Source: Trichoplax adhaerens
Taxonomy: Eukaryota; Animalia; Placozoa
Reading direction: 5' to 3'
Assembly: GCF_000150275.1 (NCBI RefSeq)
Contig: NW_002060951.1
Span: forward strand, 1,808,297-1,872,296
DNA: 64,000 nt
The notes under the pieces are model-generated. The model was not told the origin of the DNA. It saw nothing but the letters and a program-made list of their open reading frames with translations, and searched no databases. Shown piece by piece: positions 50,730-61,594 of the stretch. Both the position numbers and the translations under genes were made by a program. Position 1 is the stretch's first letter. The number at the start of each line of letters is the position of its first letter.

Positions 50730-53700
50730 ATTTGCAACCATCATTATTCCTATGATAATACAAGTTATATCTAAGATTATACTATTAAAAAGAAGTAAAC
50801 GTTTTCTCATCGATTATTGCATATATAGATTATCATTTACCAGTTTCCCTAAGAATTGTAAGACTACTAACGTATTCTAATCATCAAGATTAGTATTAGA
50901 TTTTGATATTTTAATGACGTCATAAATTCATGTTAATACCCTCTAAAGCTTAGAACGGAAAGCTATTATAGATATCAACATAATCAATATATTCAAATCT
51001 AGCTATCAATCACTAATAGAACACTAAAGAATGGACAATAAGTAGCGGTTATGGGAAGGGTTATGTTTATGAAACAGCTTGCTGAGTAATATGTTATTAT
51101 AGCAATGTAAAATAGAGGATTATGATAATAGGAAGATGAAACAAAAACATTGTCTCGAACAATTGAACATGAAAATTTCACATCGTCATTTTACCAACTG
51201 GCCAGTTGCTATTGTTTAAATCTCTAAATTTCTGTTATTTTATGATGGTTATATATACCTAAAAAGGCGTTGTCATACGTAATATTTGCCATAAAAGTAA
51301 TTCTATCAAATTAACTTAAGCCAAGATAGGTAGTATTACCTAGAACTGATACAAATACTAATAGAAATTTACAAAATAAGCTACCCAATTTCTAGCTATC
51401 GTACAGATATAGCGATAAAAGCCTGCTCTTCACTTAAAAGCTTTATTCCAAATCTAAAGATCGGCTAAGAGATTAAGGTATGTTATTTATGTCATATTAT
51501 TTAACTCATATCATGTCTCAAAACTGAAGTATTTTTCTAGTTGATATACTTTATAACCATTTAATTACGCCTCAAGATGTGTCCTGTAAACACTTTTTAT
51601 AAATAAAGCTGCGATAGATTTTGAATTAAAACAATTTTAATGCTACTGCAAGTAAATGACGTTGCAGTAAATTAGGATATTACTTATACGCTGGTCTTCC
51701 TAAAATTATGAAGCAGCTTTAAGATTTGATGTCACGTTCTGATTTACCTAAACAATCATTCGAATAGACAAGACAACACAATTTGGATATTAGCGAATCC
51801 TGTCAAAGACTTATACCACAAAAATTACAATATTTTCTGAACGGGTAAAATTGAAGACTCGTATTAACTCTGAATACCCTTTCATATAGCGAATACAGTA
51901 TCTTAATTAAAAGTTTGATCTTTATCTTTTTACAGAATCTGTGTTATAATTTCTAATATCCCTTCGTACCTATAGATCTATTAAGATCGACCTCAAATAT
52001 TTATGCTATTGCTGAGCAAATACATCAATGCTATAATAAAAAAATATGTCTTGTCCACTATAGAGTCTATATTGCTATATCACTAGCATCGTTTAAACCA
52101 AATACACTAAATTTGTCTAAATTGAAATCAAACATCACCGTGTATTTTAAAATCAGTTTAGAATACCGTGGCGTAACGGTGATATTTAATGATGAAACAG
52201 TTTCTTGTTGATCAAATGAAAATTTATCACGGTTCGTATTAATTTAGACTCTAGTCAGGGATACTACTGTATTATTATCGATCACAGCAGGTCTACTTGC
52301 AATCAAACTGTTACGTTTAGGCGATTTTAGGTGGAATAAGACTATGTGTGTACAGCTGTTTTTACGGTAGTAAATTCATCTTAATTCGTTTTACATAGTA
52401 CATATTTTCACCGTTAATCGACTATCGAAATCCAGTCACAGATAAAACCTGTGCTTTACTTCTAGCCAATGTGAAGACAATTAATAGTTAATTTAAGACT
52501 TACATTTCTTTTGTAAGACTTACATTTATTCACATGATGAGACATGAGACTGTTGTAGACATCAGTATGATGGTGAATTTTGATGTCTTATTAACCATAA
52601 ATTATACATGAGGAATTTAATCAGTCGGATTTCTCATTTATTGGTCAAATACTATGATCTTCAGTAATTTGTTATTAATATATTAGATATAAAATTTTTA
52701 TGTGACTACCAATACAATAGTTGTCGCAGTTGATTATCATTTAACCATATAATCCCATGGTTAGGAGTTAGCAGTTGGTCCAATGTTTTCATTCTTTTAT
52801 TGCAGCAATGCTTGACCATAATTTGAAGGGAATGATAGTGTTATAGCTTATGCCACGGTAATTACTACTAGTCAATAGAAGCGAGATCATTAGAAAGGAT
52901 ATAGCTAATTAACTAAATAAAATCTCAAAGAATCCGTTAATAATAGCAAAATGGAAAATACTGTAAACCTGAGTGAAAATAATTAAATAGTGTCTAGGTG
53001 GTCTAATACTTATAGCAATTGAATAAATCAATCTCGTAAAAACAAATTATTCGGGTATTATCCGTATTCGCCAAAGCTGCTTGATATTTTCAAATTGCTA
53101 CTGAAGTTCGATCACTAAATGAGCAATTTAGAGAGAAACTCATCATAGACTGAATAACGTCCGATAGCTAGAAATACGCGAATATAGTAATGTTCTAACT
53201 TAACATCAGTAGATGCCTATGCAGATATATCAAGCTATTCTAAGTCTTCAATAAACCTCAAGGTAGGTAAAGTTTTAAAGGTGATGTGGTGATAAAAATT
53301 AATTACTTGTATTAAAAAATCTTAAATTGAAAATTCTTCGAATTGGTTAAATTAGAAACAAATACGGTGTATAGCATCCGCAAAATGAAATTTGAAACGC
53401 TATGTAGTCTATATTAGGGTATTTTAGTAATATTTTATTGTGAAACTGTAATTCTTAAATTTTTTTAAATGTAATATCAGGAAGGGTGATGAGAATTCAA
53501 TAACGCAAACATAAATACGATCAACAAAGAACATCATTAGAAGGACTATAAAGATAACTGTTTTTAGTACCATGCGTATTGAAAAGATCTTCCTATATTC
53601 AATAACACGCGTATCTCAGCTCAAAATTATCTTCATCATGAGAAAATGGTCACAAAATTGATACCGATAATATTGCAATATAACTATCGACAATCGTGAT

Positions 53701-54834
53701 AAATAAAGTAATGATCCTAAATAGTTTGTTTCAAGCGAGATATCGATGAATCGAAATAGCGAATATCAACTGAGTGATTTCTTAAGAAACAATTTTTAAT
53801 TTACCGTTTATAACTCAATCGTGTTAGGAATCCTGTATTGATACTGATTTAGCCAAAGTATTATTGTTAATGGGGTGAGTATGTAATAAACGGCCGTTTC
53901 AACCTATATTAGCCATCATCTATAATTACTTTGCTAAGCATAACAGAATACCCTACATCATATTACGACTACTTCATATTACTACTACAATTAGCCGAAA
54001 TTACTACGGAACAATACAGCGAAAGGTCGATAGAATTTGCTAGAATAATTAATCTACAAGACGATTTCTACTGCACGCTAAGTGGACCAGTAAACCAAAC
54101 AATATTTTATCTTCGTAACGGTGGTATAGTTGAAATATTGTAGTTACTAATTATAAAAATTCCTAGATTGATTTTTCTCGAGTGAAAGTGCCAAGAATTT
54201 TGTGTAAAGAGCGCCGATAACGTTAATAGTAAATTATAATAGCATCAATATAATGTTGTTAATCCAAGACTACTTGAAATAGCAATTAAGAAGCAATGGT
54301 GTAATCTACGATTAAGTATTTCTTGCTTAGATCGTATTCATTGGCAAAGTAAGAGGAATGGGCTATCATCGGGATATATAAACTTTTTATTGGTGTATCA
54401 TACTCAAATGACCCATTAAATTAAGCTGGAAACTTGTTAATAGAATAGTTTTAGAAATTACTCCTGATACACAAGTTAAACATAAACATTACTTAGTAAT
54501 TTTCAATGCTTTTATATCAGGGTAAAACTTTGATTACATATAATAATGTGAGAATATCAATACTCATTATTCCAATAATATTTCTTACTACTAAATACAC
54601 AGCATAATAAACGAGAAAAAGTATTACTAAAAGTATGAAAATGAAATTTAATTTTACTTGAGCAAATTGGAAGATGGTCAATAGTGTAGGCATAGCAACT
54701 AAGACACTTCAGTTTTCCCTAGAATAACGTAATTATTCCATGAACATGTGTATTTGCCTATTTATTCATGTGGTTTGATTCGTTTATGTAATATTAGAGT
54801 TCCATGTATTTCTTTTGAAAAAGAAATAGCCTTT

Positions 54835-55253
54835 TGTAAGACAGTGTAATATTGTATTCTAAGTTGATGATATATTTAGTAATGTCTACCGTAGGTGTTG
54901 TGTTCAACATGTGATAGATATACTCGTTAAAAGCTTAAGTATTAAATATAGCTAGCTTAGTAGCTGTAATCCTTTTGAAGAGGAGCGCTACAGTGCTCAC
55001 ACTAGAGCTTCACATGAAAGGTGTAAACTAGCCTGTATTTGAGATGCTAATACTGAAGTGTGTAGTAAGTAAGGTGCTAAGACTGTAAACGCGGAAAGGT
55101 ATATAAGCGAGTAGTTTAGTATAGTAAGTTAGTTCTTTCTCGTTAGAGGTCCTCAGCTAATTGATTACGTTGTATCTTCGTAAACGAGGTTTTGTTCAAT
55201 AAATCTTAATTTACTAAAGTTTTTTTGAAGATTCTTGATGTATCAACCTCACA
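54835..55253 (+). mobile_element. Solo LTR (family A), 419 bp
   Basis: TGTAAGA...CCTCACA flanked by exact TSD CCTTT (54830-34, 55254-58); TATATAA at 55100 and AATAAA at 55198. Confidence 0.93.
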
Positions 55254-55787
55254 CCTTTTTAAATTCGAAAATTTTTCTGGCGTTAAACATCTACTACCCT
55301 AGACTTATTTGTTTCAGAATAATATTTCCTTTAGACAGAGTAGTCCTAGCTCCTAATGAATATCATTTTATATTAATGTGCTTGTATTTCTTTACAATCA
55401 TTACAGATGCTCATTTCTAGATATCACTTCTTACTGGTGTTACACAATAAACAACTTCAGCGAAAACGTCCAATCTCTTCTTTAATCATTTTTGTCTGAC
55501 TAATTTTAGTATTCAAACAGTGACATCTCTCATTTAATAAATTTGCTATCGTCACAATTAACAAAAAATGTATTAATTATATATTATATATATCTCAGAC
55601 TGGAATACATACCGAATGTCATATTGCTATGATTAATATTAAAATATGTTAATTATATGTATGCATCTTAGATTGGAGCACATGCTAAATATCATCAACT
55701 AAAGCCCATAAAACTGACGAAATAGCCAGACTTGATCCGGTTGCAAGGTGAACTTTCTTCTAGCCCATACAAGATTATTAGAATAAA

Positions 55788-56984
55788 ATGGAGTGGAATT
55801 CTACATCAGCATGGCAGACAGTCACTGTTTTAGATCAATCTAAGCTTAACGGCGATACCAATACTAGCAATGATACAGTTCTGTTGCATGTTGGTTTTGT
55901 GGGTATTTATAGTGCGTTGGGCTTATTTGGATTTATATCCAATTTGACCATAATGTTATTAATCTCATGTGTTAAAGAATTGAAAACGCCTAGTAATTTG
56001 CTACTGCTTAACCTAGCTTTTGCCGGTTTAATTGTATCTGTCTTTCATATTCCATGGTTTATATTAACTCAACATGTTACTCAAAATGTTTGGTTATTTG
56101 GTGAAGCTATGTGCATCATTTATAATACCGTCAATTTATTATCCATTCATTTAATTTCCTTTACACAAGTTGCAATATGTATTAATCGGTATCAAGGCTT
56201 AAATAATGTGCTAAAATTCAAGTTAAAATTAAATAATCGTCGTGCCTTTTATGTTATTTGTACAATATGGATTTGTGCATTAGGTATGTGCATTCCTTAC
56301 TTGCTTTACTTGCGTGTTGTAACTTATCAACAAGATACGCAATATTGTATTTTACTTATACCAAGAACCCCTATTGATTTTAATATTGATGGTAAATATG
56401 TTAGCATAATTTACTTTATCTACGCTATCGTTTATCTAGTCGTTGCTTATACAGTACCATTTCTAACTATGACTGTCTTGTATACCTTAACAATTCGTTA
56501 CTTAAAACGTACCAAGTTTCGGCATTTTACGTCATCTCATTTTCGACGTCAACAGCTACAACGTTATGAACCAGAATATCGCATTCGATCATTTTCCGAG
56601 ATTAATACACAACATCGAGAACGTGTTGCCAACATATTTTTTGCTTGTGTTGTGCTGTTTGTGGCATGTAATTTGCCTTATGTTATCTATTTATTGCTAT
56701 TTATTATTCACGTCGTATCGCGGCGCGATTTCGTCAGCATTAAAAATTATTTGGCAGTGATACAAATGTTTGCTATCGTCTCTAATGCTATCTTGTATGG
56801 TTATTTCAATACTGGTATACAAAAGCAATGCCTACCATTTCGGAAATATATTATTGGTCAAGAAGCGAGTAACAAGACTTACCAAAGTGCAAAATATGGC
56901 GAAACCGATCGTAGCAATCTTAGTAAAGCTAACCAGTTAAATTGTGCACCTAAAGAATGTATTATTCGAGAAGCAACCGTGTAG
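55788..56984 (+). CDS. Class A GPCR, peptide-receptor-like, single coding exon, 398 aa; paralog of 37995-39170
   Basis: Seven TM segments; shares TQVAICINRYQG, PYL.YLRVV, DF.IDGK.VS, NLPY.I.LLLFIIH and SNA.LYGYFNTGI with the first receptor. Confidence 0.95.
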   Translation: MEWNSTSAWQTVTVLDQSKLNGDTNTSNDTVLLHVGFVGIYSALGLFGFISNLTIMLLISCVKELKTPSNLLLLNLAFAGLIVSVFHIPWFILTQHVTQNVWLFGEAMCIIYNTVNLLSIHLISFTQVAICINRYQGLNNVLKFKLKLNNRRAFYVICTIWICALGMCIPYLLYLRVVTYQQDTQYCILLIPRTPIDFNIDGKYVSIIYFIYAIVYLVVAYTVPFLTMTVLYTLTIRYLKRTKFRHFTSSHFRRQQLQRYEPEYRIRSFSEINTQHRERVANIFFACVVLFVACNLPYVIYLLLFIIHVVSRRDFVSIKNYLAVIQMFAIVSNAILYGYFNTGIQKQCLPFRKYIIGQEASNKTYQSAKYGETDRSNLSKANQLNCAPKECIIREATV

Positions 56985-58860
56985 CAATGGAGGATACAGT
57001 TGTAAATCATTGCAGTTTATCTCATAATTACGAAATTATCTAGCCTGTTGATATTAATTCTAGGCTATACTCGTCTATTGGTGGCAACGATATTAACATG
57101 TTGTCCTACTATGGATAGCATTCCGAATACTAGCAGAGGCGGAGATCTTAAATGATTCTAGTTATTTATTTAAAAAATTATTATAGCATCATGGAAAAGT
57201 AAACCATCGAGCTTTATCTATAATACGAAACTATGGTCTAAGATAAGTTGTATTGTCTTCTTCACATACCTCTTTCTGGATTTTTGGTAATTAAGAAGAG
57301 ATTTTACTTTAAAATATGGAAACAATGTAAAGAACTTTATCTGACTTACCTTAATTAACTTCAAGATCCATTTTATCTTTTCATCCAATAAGAAACTTTA
57401 ATGGTATCAAAGTAGTGCGAGCTGCTGATACGGTAGTTAAATACGAGAATATGTCTGTTCCGATAGAGAATGTCAATATTATAAATTCAGGATTTCAAAA
57501 TGCGTTAACTTGGTATGAAAATCAGTAAATTTAAAAAATCAGTATTGTAAAATATATGTATAAAATGGGTGTGAATATTCATGAGGTATAGCTGCTAAAT
57601 GTGCAAATTTATGAATTTTATGTGCGTTATGAGTATTCCTCAAGACTCAACTTGGCATATGGAGATCTTAATTTTTAGCTATAATTTTAAAGTATAAATC
57701 TTTGGCTAATACCTCGATTACTCTTAATTATTCTACGGAAACAGGCTTTACTTCAATTTATATTTGTTTCCGATATTGAAAGTATATTTGTGACTACAAC
57801 ATTTGCTTTTAATTTCAAATCGCGTTTTCAGTAATGTTGATAACTTATTGGTTTCAAGGTCTACCGGTGATCACTGTAAAATCGTAGCATGTATTACCGT
57901 AATTATTCTTATATACAGTTTCTGAACAGCTTTGTCAGATTTGTGTAAGAAAAGGATACAATCTACACCTATACTATTTACTTTAGGAACATGTTGGAGT
58001 TTGACTGCGAGTAGAGACCATTATAGGCAGGGATGCTTGACAAAAGCATTTGTATTAATTAGCAGCTTTTATTAATAGCATGATTGCTCTTCGTACAACG
58101 TAAGAAAGCTCCATCGCGATGTTTTAACCAAAATTAATTAGATGCTAGGCTGCATTATTACTCACGCAAGTATTTTACTAATTAATAGCAAATACAGAGT
58201 ATAACCGAATTCAAATTCAAATTACCTTTCCTTAAAAGGGATTTTCATCCTTAACTCTAAAAGAATATTATTAAGATTGACGTTGCTAAAGTAATAACAT
58301 ATGGTATGAATATAACTACAATTATCGATTGGATGTTTAATTGCGTAATTCAGTCCTTAGATTATAACTGCGATTAAGAAAATTATACTTTTCCGTGTAA
58401 AACTTTATTAAATTATTACGTACCTTGAAAATTAATAACAAATTAATAATAGGGTAGGCCAGATCAAAATAGCGTAGCTATTGTCTATACAAATATACGA
58501 TTAAATTATAGACATAAGCTGAATTTGATCCAATATCTGAAGCAGTATTTCCTGAAATAGAAGTAAAGCAAAAATTTTGCTGACAAAGTGATTAGTACAT
58601 TATGAAGTAAAGTCATGACGGAGAGATTTGCGTACGTAATTATTTCAATCGTACCATTTTATGCTCTTATTAATATTCTATTCTAGTGTGCAAACACTGT
58701 GCGTAAATTTCTATATAGGCTGGTACACTACGATTTGTATAGAATTTTGGAGAGCTTGTTTTGTTTAGCAGCATTGAAAGAATCCTATTTCTGTTAAGCT
58801 ACGAAGTCTTTTTAAGAGTAACTGCATGACAACTTCCTGTCGTTGATTAGACTATGTAGT

Positions 58861-59472
58861 TGTCACCCACACGAGTAATTCCACTTACTACTCTCTTTTA
58901 ATGTGAGTGAACAACTAACTTACTAGCTACTAGTCACCAACTAACTATGGAGAGATACTGTAAGCAAGACTAACAACTTCCTCACAAGTATAATAAGCGG
59001 CTTGTTGTAAGATTAGTTTATGAGCTTTTACTTCTGGTCATGCCACGAGAGTAGAGTACCTTGTCGTACACTAGAGAAGTATCAACTGAGCGATATATTT
59101 TCTGCTCGGGCTTATATACAGTCGCCACATGTAGGTGGTGCAAAGTAGAGAAACACATATAATACAATTTACTCACTAAGTATGAGAAACAGGATTACAA
59201 TTATTATATGACTCAGTATGACTCGAGTCAAGGCGTAAACAACATCAATTAATATAAATCGGGTGTAAACAACATCAATCAATTATCACCATTATTAGCT
59301 AATTAACAACTAGAGGCTCAGCACCACTATATTAATTAACAACATTAATTAATAGCAACTCTTACCGGTGCTAATAATTAATCTAGATTTTTCAATTAAT
59401 ACTTCAAGTAATAAATAATTTTATAGAGACTAACAAACTAATTTACAAGATACGATGACTAGTATCGTAACA
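58861..59472 (-). mobile_element. Solo LTR (family D), 612 bp
   Basis: TGTCACC...CGTAACA flanked by exact TSD GTAGT (58856-60, 59473-77); minus-strand TATATAA at 59112-59118. Confidence 0.85.
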
Positions 59473-60965
59473 GTAGTGTATATACACGGTATGACCTATT
59501 GCGTGATCTATAACATTTTTATTGATAGTTATATAGCAGTATATAAGCGTAATTAAAACAAAAACATTTTTGAGCATTCTTAATTCGAGGTAATAGCTTA
59601 CCGGGTCTGATTTTGTAAATGCATAAAAGAACTTTCAACAGCAGTGCTATATTTATTATAGAGTTATTAGATGTAAAACTGGTTGAAATATCTGAATAGA
59701 CAAGATATCCAGTATTTGATGAGCATCATGAACAAAATTGATGAACACCATTAAGTAATCAGTTCGTCTGTTCGAAAACGTTATCAAAATCGAAAGATAA
59801 CTAAAGTTAAATCATTGTATTCAGGTATCTACGTGTCCTCTCATCTTAATTTTAAAGCAGAGAAATTTTAATTTTTTGGCACTGGAGAGAAGGTCAAGAG
59901 AATTTTACAAAGATTTTATTGAAGAGTACTTAACAAGCTATTGGATATTAAATTACCGTTTTATAGTTCTTACTCGTTAGGAAAGATAGTAATAATGTTC
60001 TCGATTAATAATTTTAGATTATTACGATAGTGAAAAAAATTATTTCTGCAGATTTGGTTTTAAAAGCAGATATTTTCATTATATTTACATTACAATTGAA
60101 TATTAGCTAAAAATATATTGAATTTTCTATACAAATAAATTAATGAATTTATTTTAAAACTATTGTATAGCAAGCCTGCTAAAAAATGATCGCTTTACCG
60201 CAAGCATAACTTGAATCACTTCCTGTTTACCATGACATCGCTAATTTATCAGTATGAATAATTAATTATTGTAATGTACAAGTATATTTAGAAATTAGAA
60301 TTTTGGATAGTTGCTACATGAAAATGAATCTTACTATCGTGAGATATAATTAAATTTAGTGCAATAGTTAATGGTATATTAAATAAAATATTTAAATATA
60401 TATGTTACAATTATGAAATTTACTGTATTTTAACAAAGTAAATTTTTATTATTAACTATCCACTATCACTGGAGACTAGATCAATGTAATGGAGCATGTT
60501 TAATCATTTAAGTTAACGAAAGATGTTATCGTAATGTACATTAAGTATTCATTTGATTCAAAATTGGAGTATTTTATCAATAGAAAGGGAAAAATTTACA
60601 CTCCAAAATGTAAAAGTTACAATGATTATTTACTAAAAAGTTTGAGTAAAAAAGCTTGCAAATACTTTGATTTCTCGAGTTATGTTGTGAGCATACAAAA
60701 AGTCAAGCTATTGAATAATTTATTGTTACTTTTTTAAGCTAGTTGACAGATTTTACACTCGTATAGCTTTACGTCAGAAGTACAGCTTGATAACATAATA
60801 TGTACAGGACTTACTAGCAGTTACTAGATAATTTGAAATTGTGCTTATATCCTGGAACGGTTACCTCATTATGATAAATAATACTGTATATTCGCTACAA
60901 TAATTACACTAGCAGGATTTGAACACTCAACTACTGAGTACCTATCACAATATTATATACGCGCC

Positions 60966-61594
60966 TGTAACAGTGTTATATACTGGATTAGAGTAGAAAT
61001 ATCTATGTTAGGATAATTTTGTTAGCCTATCCTTATTTAGTTAACTTCTAATTTGGATATACTGTGTTTCAATATAGCTCTGACTTTTATAACAGTGACA
61101 CTTATACACATACTGAAATTAATAGTTATAATAGGGAATGCAAATCATCTACTTACAGTTCGAATCATTGTGATTGTAATTTACTTATGGTAGATTGTAA
61201 ATTATCGTGGAAATGTTCCGTGATAGAGCATATCGTAATCTGACTATTCTGTATTAGTCACCAGATGTCTATGTTCGTAAATACTGTTGTCTGCATTAAG
61301 GGAACAGTAGCTATAATTAATATCTAATTCAGTAAATGATTCCAAAGTTAATCGTACTAACTATGGCTCATGAAATATTGAGGAAGAGTATATAAATGCA
61401 GTATATCGTGTAATAAAGTCGATTCTTAAACTTAGTGTTTAAGGTAAAATACGAGGCGTTTAAGTCTTTGTGTAGTCTGCTAGTAGAGCAAGAGTGTTTC
61501 TTATAGTGCAGATATGGTTCCTTGATACATAGTTCAAGGAATTGACTTATTGATCGTACATTACCTTATCTTGTTGCGAAGCTGTTTTGTGACA
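60966..61594 (+). mobile_element. Solo LTR (related to family B at its 3' end), 629 bp
   Basis: TGTAACAG...TTTTGTGACA flanked by exact TSD GCGCC (60961-65, 61595-99); TATATAAA at 61389 and AATAAA at 61412. The last ~35 bp resemble the reverse complement of 14035-14070. Confidence 0.88.

Noticed and set aside
39778-55253. One large element or inversion bounded by the two family A repeats
   Set aside because: Each copy has its own distinct TSD and they are inverted, so they are independent solo LTRs.
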